Below are positions 10,218 to 18,656 of a DNA stretch of 64,000 nt, piece after piece. The first letter of the stretch is position 1. Every line of letters begins with the position of its first letter. Origin of the DNA: an uncultured Erysipelotrichaceae bacterium (lineage in GTDB: Bacteria > Bacillota_I > Bacilli_A > Erysipelotrichales > Erysipelotrichaceae); NCBI GenBank assembly GCA_902778375.1, contig CACYXJ010000002.1, forward strand, positions 14,231 to 78,230, read 5' to 3'. The translations under genes and the position numbers were made by a program. Under the pieces are notes generated by a model. It searched no databases. It was given only the letters and a program-made list of their open reading frames with translations, and had not been told where the DNA came from.

Positions 10218-10616
10218 ATGCAGGCAGGCAGTTCCGTGATTTTTCTTCCCTGCAGGGATATCAGTAAGACATTGCATTTCTATCATGATGTCCTCGGTCT
10301 GAAGGTCGAACAAAAGCAGGGAGACAGCCTCTATATATTCGATACCGGATATGGCTACTGGGGATTCTGTCAGTATGGTGACGGGAGAAAACCGCTGAGC
10401 GGGGAAAAGGGAGTATGTCTTTCCCTGAACCTGGCAGATGATGCGGCAGTAAGGAAACGCTATGAGCAGCTGAAAGACTGCTGCGATGTGTTCCGCGGAC
10501 CTGAAAAGCATCCGCGGTTTCCTGTCTATTCCTTTTTTCTGAAAGATCCGGACGGATATCTGGTGGAGTATCAGAATGTCTATGGGACAGGCACAGATTC
10601 TTATGCGCAAAAATAA
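10218..10616 (+). CDS. VOC/glyoxalase family protein
   Basis: 'TLHFYHDVLGL', 'SFFLKDPDGYLVEYQ'; AAGGAG upstream of ATG 10218. Confidence 0.85.
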   Translation: MQAGSSVIFLPCRDISKTLHFYHDVLGLKVEQKQGDSLYIFDTGYGYWGFCQYGDGRKPLSGEKGVCLSLNLADDAAVRKRYEQLKDCCDVFRGPEKHPRFPVYSFFLKDPDGYLVEYQNVYGTGTDSYAQK

Positions 10617-10672
10617 ATTCCGGGAACAGAGATTGTGGTATACTCGGAAATATGTTTAAGGGGAGATAGTTT

Positions 10673-12067
10673 ATGTTCGCTGATATCATTGACAAGATAG
10701 ATTCGTTTGTCTGGGGATGGCCGCTGATTCTGCTGCTGTTCGGGACACATATCTTCATGACCGTCCGCACCGGCTTTATTCAGAAAGATATTTTCAAGGC
10801 AATCAAAATGTCGGTGACAAAAGACGAGAACGCCGAGGGAGACGTTTCCCAGTTCGGCGCTCTGACAACAGCGCTTTCCTCGACGATCGGCACCGGCAAT
10901 ATCATCGGTGTCGGAACGGCGATCGCCCTTGGCGGCCCGGGAGCCATTCTCTGGATGTGGCTGACCGGGATCTTCGGTATTGCCACCAAGTATGCCGAAA
11001 ACCTGATTGCCGTCAAATACCGTGTCCGTTCGGAAAACGGAACGATGATCGGCGGTGCCATGTATGCCCTGGACAGGGGACTGAACATGCGCTGGCTGGG
11101 CATTGTCTTCGCTCTTCTGGCATCGGTATGCGCCTTTGGCATCGGCAATATGGTGCAGGCGAATGCCGTTGTGACCAATATCACGCAAAACTTCAGCATT
11201 TCACCGCTGCCGGTGGCTATTGTTCTGACAGCGGTTGTCGCGCTTGTTATTCTCGGCGGCATCAAATCCATTACCAAAGTAGCGGAAAAACTGGTTCCGT
11301 TCATGGCCCTGTTCTATTTCCTCGGCTGTCTCTGGATCCTGTTCGTCAATGCCGATGTCCTGCCTGAGACAATTTCGCTGATTCTCACTTCGGCTTTCTC
11401 GCCAAAGGCGATTGCCGGCGGCTTTGTCGGCGTCAGTATCTCGGTTGCCTGCCGTTATGGTTTCGCCAGAGGTCTGTTCTCCAATGAAGCAGGTATGGGT
11501 TCGGCCCCGCTGGTCGGTGCTGCTGCCCAGACAGCCAATCCGAAGCGTCAGGCTCTGGTCTCCATGACCGGTGTTTTCTGGGATACAGTCGTCATCTGTC
11601 TGATGAGCGGCCTGGTCATGATTTCCAGTATTATCAAATATCCCAACATTGACGGACTGAGCGGCGACGGAGGCATTGTTGCGACCGGTGCGTTCTCCGT
11701 CATTCCCTATATCGGTGTGCCGGTACTGGTGTTCGGACTGGTTACGTTTGCCTTCTCGACGATCCTCGGCTGGTATTACTATGGTGAAAGAGCCTGCGTC
11801 TATCTGTTTGGCGAAAAGGCGATCAAACCTTATAAAATTCTGTGGGTCATCTTCGTTCTTGTCGGCTCTCTGGTGGAACTCAACGTCGTCTGGAATATCG
11901 CCGATATCCTCAACGGGCTGATGGCAATTCCGAATATCATCGCAGTACTGCTGCTGCATAAAGTTATTGCCAATGAGACAGAGAAATACAGCGGTGAACA
12001 TATCACCGATATTGATACGGAGGAAATCCCGACAATTAAGAATGCCGACAAGGGAATTCTTGCATAA
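10673..12067 (+). CDS. Alanine/glycine:cation symporter (AgcS family)
   Basis: 'SSTIGTGNIIGV', 'GGPGAILWMW', 'RGLFSNEAGMGSAP', 'NGLMAIPN'. Confidence 0.92.
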   Translation: MFADIIDKIDSFVWGWPLILLLFGTHIFMTVRTGFIQKDIFKAIKMSVTKDENAEGDVSQFGALTTALSSTIGTGNIIGVGTAIALGGPGAILWMWLTGIFGIATKYAENLIAVKYRVRSENGTMIGGAMYALDRGLNMRWLGIVFALLASVCAFGIGNMVQANAVVTNITQNFSISPLPVAIVLTAVVALVILGGIKSITKVAEKLVPFMALFYFLGCLWILFVNADVLPETISLILTSAFSPKAIAGGFVGVSISVACRYGFARGLFSNEAGMGSAPLVGAAAQTANPKRQALVSMTGVFWDTVVICLMSGLVMISSIIKYPNIDGLSGDGGIVATGAFSVIPYIGVPVLVFGLVTFAFSTILGWYYYGERACVYLFGEKAIKPYKILWVIFVLVGSLVELNVVWNIADILNGLMAIPNIIAVLLLHKVIANETEKYSGEHITDIDTEEIPTIKNADKGILA

Positions 12068-12073
12068 ACAATG

Positions 12074-12114
12074 ACGGAACATCAGGACGAACATCAGGAC
12101 GGTGTTCCGTTTTT
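12074..12114 (+). terminator. Terminator containing a 12-bp tandem duplication in its loop
   Basis: Stem ACGGAACATC/GGTGTTCCGT plus T tail; GAACATCAGGAC at 12077-12088 and 12089-12100. Confidence 0.6.
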
Positions 12115-12177
12115 CCTGCCTGCAGTGCGAAGGATGGGAATTTCGTATATAATGGATATTACGAAAAGAGAACAGCA

Positions 12178-12963
12178 ATGAAGACATATACGATTATCAG
12201 CAGAGGAGACAGTCTGTCCGAGGAACTGAGCAGGCAGACGGAGGCAGAACTGCAGGAACACGGGTATACAAGAAACGATCTGCAGCCGGACACGGTTTTT
12301 GTCATCGGCGGAGACGGTACCTATATCCGCGCCATTCATGAAGTTCTGCGCAAGGCCGGCAAATGGTTTTCAAATGTCTGTTTCTACGGCATTCATACCG
12401 GAACACTTGGGTTCTATACCGATTACCGGGACAAGGACTACCGGGAGTTCATGGACAGTTTTTTCAATAACGAACTGAGAGAAAAGAAATACCGTCTGCT
12501 GCAGATGACGGCAGATGGCATGAAACATCATGCGGTCAATGAAGTGCGGGTGGAAAATCCCTACCGCACCCAGATCATTGAAGTATATATCAACGGTGAG
12601 AAATTCGAGACCCTGCGCGGCAGCGGTGTTCTTGTCTGCACTCAGCTCGGATCTTCGGCATTCAACCGCTCGCTGGGCGGGGCAGTGATCCAGGAAGGGC
12701 TGGACTTTATCGAACTGACGGAAATGAGTGTCATTCATCACAGTCTTTTCCGCAGTCTGCAGTCACCGATCATTCTGAAACCGGAAACAGTCATCGAATT
12801 CCGTTCCAATAATTTCAGCGGTGCCGTACTGGCCTGTGATCAGGACACCTATTCCCTGGAAGGCCTGCACAGCTTTACGGTTTCTTCCGCCAAAGACATT
12901 AATGTCAGAGTACTGAGCGGCCGGGAAGTCTCTTATTTCGACCGTCTCAAAACATTGTTTTAA
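12178..12963 (+). CDS. nadK: NAD(+) kinase
   Basis: 'GGDGT', 'GTLGFY', 'AVNE', 'TQLGSSAFNRSLGG'. Confidence 0.88.
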   Translation: MKTYTIISRGDSLSEELSRQTEAELQEHGYTRNDLQPDTVFVIGGDGTYIRAIHEVLRKAGKWFSNVCFYGIHTGTLGFYTDYRDKDYREFMDSFFNNELREKKYRLLQMTADGMKHHAVNEVRVENPYRTQIIEVYINGEKFETLRGSGVLVCTQLGSSAFNRSLGGAVIQEGLDFIELTEMSVIHHSLFRSLQSPIILKPETVIEFRSNNFSGAVLACDQDTYSLEGLHSFTVSSAKDINVRVLSGREVSYFDRLKTLF

Positions 12964-12978
12964 GAATTGAGGTAATTG

Positions 12979-14538
12979 ATGCGAAACTGGCAGTCATTTT
13001 ATGAAATACTGAAATTTCCGCTCTGCGTGATTTTCTTTGCGGTCTGTCTGATTGGTCTGGGCAATCTGATCACCAATCCAGTATATGGATTCGCAGGTGT
13101 TTTCAGCGGGGATACATTGATTTCCTTCGGCGAACTGTTTATCAAAATCGGCCAGTTCCTGGTAGTCAATTTTCCGCTGCTGTTCCTGATCCGTCTGACG
13201 ACAAGACGCGGCGGTTCAGCTACCACGATCATGTCGGCTCTGTCCGGCTATGTCACATTCCTTGCCACGACTATGTACTTTGCCGATCCGGGACTGCCCT
13301 CAACTGTCTACAGCAGTATCCTTGGCTTGAGCGTCAACCGCACAAGTGTCGTCTCGCTGACCGGGGCCACGCATTATCCGCTGCAGACCGGACTGATCGG
13401 TGCGATCATTGTGACAATGATCACCCTTTGGTCCTTTAATGGTTCCCGCCGCAAGACGGAATACGGTTTCTTCTCGTTTGTTTCGAAAGAAATGTCGTGT
13501 GTATTGCGGACGGTATTCTTCAGTATCATTGCCGGCCTTGCAATGTCGTTTGTCTGGCCGTATGCGGTACAGTTTATCCAGCGCGTTGTTCACTTCATTT
13601 CGGTTGACACCAACAACCCGATCAATCTTGCTCTCTATGGAATCAGTGAGCGGCTGCTTGGCGTACTGGGACTTGGCACGGCGATCCGTCAGCCCTTCTG
13701 GTATGAAATCAGCGGTGGTTCCTGGGTCAACGCGGCCGGTATTTCGGTTTCCGGCGACGTCAATATCTGGACGGCACAGCTCGCTGCCAACGGTGTGACA
13801 GGCATGGCGGGAAGATTCTTCACGCCCTATTACATCCTGAATATCTTTGCCATGCCGGCGATGATCTGGGCGGCCTTCTCGCTCGATACCAATCCGATGG
13901 AAAAACGGCGCATGATCCTGTTGTGCATCATTGGTACCCTGGCTTCCCTGCTTTGGGGAACACTGCTGCCGCTGGAACTGATTCTTCTGATTCTCTGCCC
14001 GCTGCTGTTTGCCTTCCATGTCTCATGCACCGGCATTCTGTATATGACCCTGCAGTCACTGCATATCTATCTTGGCTATCAGTCCACGGATACGATCACT
14101 TTGACAGCAAGACCCGGTTCCCTGCCGGAGTTCATCAGTTATATTCAGTATCCGGCGCTGGCCAGAAGTCTGATCGGAGTAGCTGTTGCCGGAATTATCA
14201 CCGGGGCAATCTATTTCCTGGTTACCCGGCTGTACTTTCGGTATCTGGCAATGGATCTCTTCAAGACCGGCAGTAAGGACGAAGTGATCAGTGCTGTAAT
14301 CAAGGCGGCCGGCGGAATCGAAAACATCAAAATGACCAATTCTTCGATTGCCAAGCTGACCCTGAGTGTCTATGATCCGGGCAAGGTCGATGTGCAGAGG
14401 CTGAGGAGGCTTGGGTCGCACAGGATCTATGAAAACCGTGCCGGCTTCAATATCTGTTTCGGTGCCCCAAGCACGATGATCCGTCTCGGTATCGACAGCG
14501 CCATGCGTGATGCCGTGCGGGAAGTCAACCGGATGTAA
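12979..14538 (+). CDS. Glucose-family PTS EIICB-like membrane protein, divergent; EIIB catalytic Cys absent
   Basis: EIIC-like TM region ('ERLLGVLGLGTAIRQPFW', 'GRFFTPYY'); C-terminal EIIB-like 'GGIENIKMTNSSIAKLTLSVYD'. Confidence 0.75.
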   Translation: MRNWQSFYEILKFPLCVIFFAVCLIGLGNLITNPVYGFAGVFSGDTLISFGELFIKIGQFLVVNFPLLFLIRLTTRRGGSATTIMSALSGYVTFLATTMYFADPGLPSTVYSSILGLSVNRTSVVSLTGATHYPLQTGLIGAIIVTMITLWSFNGSRRKTEYGFFSFVSKEMSCVLRTVFFSIIAGLAMSFVWPYAVQFIQRVVHFISVDTNNPINLALYGISERLLGVLGLGTAIRQPFWYEISGGSWVNAAGISVSGDVNIWTAQLAANGVTGMAGRFFTPYYILNIFAMPAMIWAAFSLDTNPMEKRRMILLCIIGTLASLLWGTLLPLELILLILCPLLFAFHVSCTGILYMTLQSLHIYLGYQSTDTITLTARPGSLPEFISYIQYPALARSLIGVAVAGIITGAIYFLVTRLYFRYLAMDLFKTGSKDEVISAVIKAAGGIENIKMTNSSIAKLTLSVYDPGKVDVQRLRRLGSHRIYENRAGFNICFGAPSTMIRLGIDSAMRDAVREVNRM

Positions 14539-14607
14539 AAATATCAGCAGATGCATAAAAGTGCGTCTGCTTTTTCATATCTCCCTGACAAGGGATACAA
14601 TAGAAGC

Positions 14608-15204
14608 ATGATTGTTCTCAAGGATATCGATGACAGACATATACGGGAAATCGCCGGAGCATTTGCGGACTCTTTTCTTGCGGAGGAAGGTGTCGTTTCC
14701 TGGAGTCTGGATTATGACGATGCCGTGCAGTACTTTTATCATACGCTGAAGGAATTTGTCCGCTGCGGAAGACTGTTTGCGACGTCCGAGCAGGAAGAAG
14801 GATTTATTGTCTGGTACCGGAAAGGGCATGGTCTGCCGTGGTACAGGGAACTTCTGCTGACGGTGAAATACATGATGTACATGTCGCTGGAAGGCGTGCA
14901 GAAGATGATTCTGAGCAGGAACGGCTGGACGGATTATACGATGTCACATCAGTTTGACCGCGATTATGTGGATGTCTGTCTGGTCTGTGTCCGCAGAGAG
15001 TATCAGCATCAGGGTATCCTGAAGCAGCTGTTGCAGCAGCCGTTTCAGGAAGCGGATGAGAACGGACTGATCACTATCCTGGATACGGATGCCGGGATCA
15101 AGATGAAGAAGTATGAACATGAGGGAATGCAGGTAGAAAAGGATGCCGTCCTGAAAAGCGGCATCCATATGTATACTATGATCAGACGGGAGAGAAAAAT
15201 ATGA
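14608..15204 (+). CDS. GNAT-family N-acetyltransferase-like protein
   Basis: Acetyl-CoA motif-like 'VCVRREYQHQGILKQLL', 'ILDTD', 'YEHEGM'. Confidence 0.7.
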   Translation: MIVLKDIDDRHIREIAGAFADSFLAEEGVVSWSLDYDDAVQYFYHTLKEFVRCGRLFATSEQEEGFIVWYRKGHGLPWYRELLLTVKYMMYMSLEGVQKMILSRNGWTDYTMSHQFDRDYVDVCLVCVRREYQHQGILKQLLQQPFQEADENGLITILDTDAGIKMKKYEHEGMQVEKDAVLKSGIHMYTMIRRERKI

Positions 15205-15968
15205 AGAAACTGATTATCCGGGCCGATGATGTCGGCTACAGTGAAGCGGTGAATTACGGAATCTGTAAAGCGGTAAAAGACGGTATGATAAGAAGCGTGG
15301 GCGTGATGCCCAATATGCCTTTTGCCCGGCACGGACTGGATCTTCTGAAGGATTTCGATCTTGCGGTCGGCCAGCATACGAACGTCTGTCTTGGCATGCC
15401 TTGCGCTGATCCAAAGAAGATTCCCTCTTTGCTGGATGAAAACGGGGAATTCAAATCGTCAAAGCAGTACCGGGCAGCGTTTCAGAACGGGGAAGATTTT
15501 GTCGATGTCGAAGAAGCGGTCATCGAAATCGAAGCCCAGTACCGGAAATTCAGGGAGCTGACCGGACAGGAGCCGGATTATTTTGAAGCGCACGCAGTTG
15601 CCAGTATGAATCTGTTCAAGGCACTGGAAATCGTGGCGGATAAGTACTCGCTGCCACTGCAGAAACTGCGTTTTGACGGCGGTGAGACAACATTCAACAG
15701 CAAGCCAGTCAGGATCCTGCCGATGAAGTCAGGTTCGCCGGATTACGATGCCTATGAATGCCTGAAGGAAGGTGTTCTGAATGTGGCAAAGGAAGACATG
15801 CCGAGCGTCGCAGTGCTGCATCCGGGATATCTTGATGACTTTATTCTCAATCACTCTTCTTTGACTGTGAACCGGACGAAAGAGGTCGTCATGCTGTGCG
15901 ATCCGGCCATGAAAACATGGCTTGATGAACACGATGTCGAACAGATCGACTATCGGGATATCCGTTAA
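15201..15968 (+). CDS. ChbG/YdjC family carbohydrate deacetylase
   Basis: 'LIIRADDVG', 'VGQHTN', 'FEAH', 'LHPGY'. Confidence 0.88.
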   Translation: MKKLIIRADDVGYSEAVNYGICKAVKDGMIRSVGVMPNMPFARHGLDLLKDFDLAVGQHTNVCLGMPCADPKKIPSLLDENGEFKSSKQYRAAFQNGEDFVDVEEAVIEIEAQYRKFRELTGQEPDYFEAHAVASMNLFKALEIVADKYSLPLQKLRFDGGETTFNSKPVRILPMKSGSPDYDAYECLKEGVLNVAKEDMPSVAVLHPGYLDDFILNHSSLTVNRTKEVVMLCDPAMKTWLDEHDVEQIDYRDIR

Positions 15969-15971
15969 AAG

Positions 15972-16256
15972 ATGAAGAAGCGTTACGAGTATGATGCCGT
16001 TCTTCACGAGATGGAAGATAACGGCGGTGCTTATGTTGAGTTTCCCTGGGATATCAGAAAAGAGAGCCGCAAAGGACGTCTGAAAGTCCATGCGTCATTC
16101 GATGGTATTCCTTATGAAGGCAGCATCGTCAATATGGGAGTGAAGAATGACGACGGATCGATCTGCTATATCATCGGGGTATTGAAATCGATCCGGAAGA
16201 GACTGAACAAAAAAGACGGTGACACGATTCATGTCGTGATCGAGGCAGAACTATGA
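15972..16256 (+). CDS. DUF1905 domain protein
   Basis: 'GGAYVEFPWD', 'KVHASFDGIPYEGSIVNMG', 'KSIRKRLNKKDGDTIHV'. Confidence 0.8.
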   Translation: MKKRYEYDAVLHEMEDNGGAYVEFPWDIRKESRKGRLKVHASFDGIPYEGSIVNMGVKNDDGSICYIIGVLKSIRKRLNKKDGDTIHVVIEAEL

Positions 16257-16591
16257 CAATACAGGAATATATTAACTCCCAGGAGGTAAACGTCCGGGAG
16301 CGTCTCAACGCAATCTATGAAACGATCCGATCAGCGATACCGGATGCAGAAGAACGCATTTCCTGGGGCATGCCGACATTCTGGAAAGGACGCAATATCA
16401 TTCACTTCGCACCGGCAAAGAAACATATCGGTCTGTATCCGGGATCGGAAGCTGTGGAAGCTTTCCGGGAACAGCTGAAGGATTACAAAACCAGCAAAGG
16501 TGCGATCCAGCTGCCAAACAATAAGGAACTGCCGCTTTCGCTGGTTGCGGAAATCGCCCGCTGGAGTTATGAAAAGAACCGGAAAGAATGA
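16253..16591 (+). CDS. DUF1801 (YdhG-like) protein
   Basis: 'AEERISWGMPTF', 'HIGLYPG', 'YKTSKGAIQLP'. Confidence 0.85.
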   Translation: MTIQEYINSQEVNVRERLNAIYETIRSAIPDAEERISWGMPTFWKGRNIIHFAPAKKHIGLYPGSEAVEAFREQLKDYKTSKGAIQLPNNKELPLSLVAEIARWSYEKNRKE

Positions 16592-16607
16592 GTGTCGGGA
16601 AACAGAT

Positions 16608-16796
16608 ATGGAAAGAATCGAAGCTTTTGAAAAAATGCTTTCGGATCTGCAGGCACAGGCAGAATTCGAAAGGCAGAAGATGGCGGAACTGAAAGCCGCC
16701 GGCAAGGAGAAAACTGCAACCTACCGGCAGTATTTCGGAAACCGGCTGTTTTATAAAATGATGCTGGACAAATATAAGCAATACGGTCTTTTATAG
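16608..16796 (+). CDS. Small hypothetical protein (62 aa)
   Basis: Fills the gap in a co-directional gene run; helical, 'GKEKTATYRQYFGNRL'. Confidence 0.6.
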   Translation: MERIEAFEKMLSDLQAQAEFERQKMAELKAAGKEKTATYRQYFGNRLFYKMMLDKYKQYGLL

Positions 16797-16824
16797 ACAG
16801 AGTCATTTAGAAAGAGGTCGGAAT

Positions 16825-18180
16825 ATGTTCTATTGGGGCAACAGCGTATCAAGCATGCAGACAGAAGGCGGATGGAATGAAGGCGGAAAGTCACTTTCTG
16901 TCTATGACATCGTCGAACCGGCGGAAAACAGAAGCGACTGGCATTTCGCCAACGACAATTACCATCATTATGAAGAAGATCTGGATCTGATGAAGGACCT
17001 GGGGATGAATATGTACCGCATACAGATTTCCTGGTCAAGATGTGTCAAGGACGGCTGCGGTGATTTCAACGAAGAAGGGTTCGCCTATTATGACAGACTG
17101 CTTGATGCGATGATCGCACGCGGTCTGGAACCGATGGTGTGCCTGTATCATTTTGACATGCCGTTATATCTGGCTGAGAAGTACAATGGTTTCCTTTCCA
17201 GGAAAGTCGTGGATTACTTTGTCAGATTCGGCGAAGAGGTGGTCCGCAGATTTCATCATAAAGTGAAATACTGGCTGACATTCAATGAACAGAACCTGTA
17301 CTGGAATCCGGATATTGCTTTCCGTATTGCCGGCTATCTGGAAGGCGGGAAGACGGAGGACGAACTGTATCAGATCGGTCATCATGTCATGGTAGCCCAT
17401 GTGCGGATGGTGAATTATGTACATGAGCATACTGACGGAAAGATCGGCGGCATGCTGGCATATGCCGAGACTTATCCGGCAACCTGTGCTCCAAAAGACA
17501 TCCTGGCTGCCAGAAAGACTGATGAGTTCCTGAATAAAACACTGCTGGATGTCTTTGCAAGAGGAGAGTATTCCCGGGAAATGATGCAGTGGGTCAAGGT
17601 GAAAAACATCAATATGGATTTCACGGAAGAAGACGCAAAACTGTTCCGGGAACATTGCGAGGATTATCTGGCCTTCTCTTACTACAGTTCTTCCACAGTC
17701 AGTGCTGAAAAGATTCCGGAAGGAACGACTCCGAATTACTACATGCATTACGGCAAGAAGGACAATCCGTTTATCGCTACGACAGAATGGAACTGGCAGA
17801 TCGATCCGGATGGCTTCCGGGATGTGCTGAACAAGATGTATCAGACATATCATATGCCGGTATTCCCGATTGAAAACGGTGTCGGTGTTCAGGAGGAATG
17901 GGATGGTGTCAATGAGATTCAGGATGACTACCGGATCGAATATCATCGCAATCATATCCAGGCTATGAAGGATGCCATGAATATTGACGGTGTGGAAGTG
18001 CTTGGCTATCTCGGCTGGGGGCTGATCGATATTCTGTCCTCCCAGGGAGACATGCGGAAACGCTATGGAGTCGTCTATGTCAACCGCACGAATCATGATT
18101 TAAGAGACATGAAGAGAGTACCGAAAAAGAGTTATCACTGGCTGAAAAAAGTCATTGCATCAAACGGAGAAAACCTGTAA
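16825..18180 (+). CDS. GH1 6-phospho-beta-glucosidase
   Basis: 'QTEG', 'YRIQISWSR', acid/base 'TFNEQN', nucleophile 'PIENG', 'KRYGVVYV'. Confidence 0.9.
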   Translation: MFYWGNSVSSMQTEGGWNEGGKSLSVYDIVEPAENRSDWHFANDNYHHYEEDLDLMKDLGMNMYRIQISWSRCVKDGCGDFNEEGFAYYDRLLDAMIARGLEPMVCLYHFDMPLYLAEKYNGFLSRKVVDYFVRFGEEVVRRFHHKVKYWLTFNEQNLYWNPDIAFRIAGYLEGGKTEDELYQIGHHVMVAHVRMVNYVHEHTDGKIGGMLAYAETYPATCAPKDILAARKTDEFLNKTLLDVFARGEYSREMMQWVKVKNINMDFTEEDAKLFREHCEDYLAFSYYSSSTVSAEKIPEGTTPNYYMHYGKKDNPFIATTEWNWQIDPDGFRDVLNKMYQTYHMPVFPIENGVGVQEEWDGVNEIQDDYRIEYHRNHIQAMKDAMNIDGVEVLGYLGWGLIDILSSQGDMRKRYGVVYVNRTNHDLRDMKRVPKKSYHWLKKVIASNGENL

Positions 18181-18186
18181 TCAAAC

Positions 18187-18209
18187 AACCGGATGAAGAT
18201 CCGGTTTTC
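18187..18209 (+). terminator. Terminator after GH1
   Basis: AACCGGAT-gaag-ATCCGGTT then TT. Confidence 0.7.
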
Positions 18210-18229
18210 TTCTGTCTGACAGAGCCGAT

Positions 18230-18278
18230 TTGACACAAATCCATGCAGGCATTAAAATGCAACTGAAAATCAGTTGCA
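18230..18278 (+). promoter_or_regulatory. Sigma-A promoter with overlapping palindromic operator for hicB
   Basis: TTGACA (18230-35), 17 bp, TAAAAT (18253-58); perfect 9-3-9 inverted repeat TGCAACTGA-aaa-TCAGTTGCA (18258-78) over the expected TSS. Confidence 0.75.
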
Positions 18279-18292
18279 AACAGGTAAGGCTT

Positions 18293-18631
18293 ATGAATGT
18301 GCTGGAATACAAAGGATATCATGCAGTTGTTGAATATGATGTGCTGGACAAAATGCTGTATGGCAGAGTGGAAGGCGTCAACGATCCGATTCAGTTTGAG
18401 AGTACTTCTTCAAAAAACATTGAAAAGGAATTCCGCAAGGCAGTGGATGAATATCTCGATTTCTGTATGACAACAGGAAAAGAACCGGAAAAGGAATATA
18501 CCGGATCCTTTAATGTCAGGATCGGGAAAAAACTTCACAAAGAACTCGCCCTTCAGGCACTGAAATCACAGATCAGTCTGAACGCAGCAGTGATTGAAGC
18601 AATCGAAATGTATCTTGAGCATTCGCTCTGA
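18293..18631 (+). CDS. hicB: HicB-family antitoxin (RHH C-terminus), no adjacent HicA
   Basis: 'LEYKGYHAVVEY', 'AVDEYLDFC', 'PEKEYTGSFNVRI...LHKEL...ISLN'. Confidence 0.88.
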   Translation: MNVLEYKGYHAVVEYDVLDKMLYGRVEGVNDPIQFESTSSKNIEKEFRKAVDEYLDFCMTTGKEPEKEYTGSFNVRIGKKLHKELALQALKSQISLNAAVIEAIEMYLEHSL

Positions 18632-18656
18632 TCAGTAAACGCAGTAGTATAAAGAT

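Noticed and set aside
10617-10672. Glycine/alanine riboswitch upstream of the symporter
   Set aside because: The intergenic space is only ~56 bp, with no aptamer-like structure.
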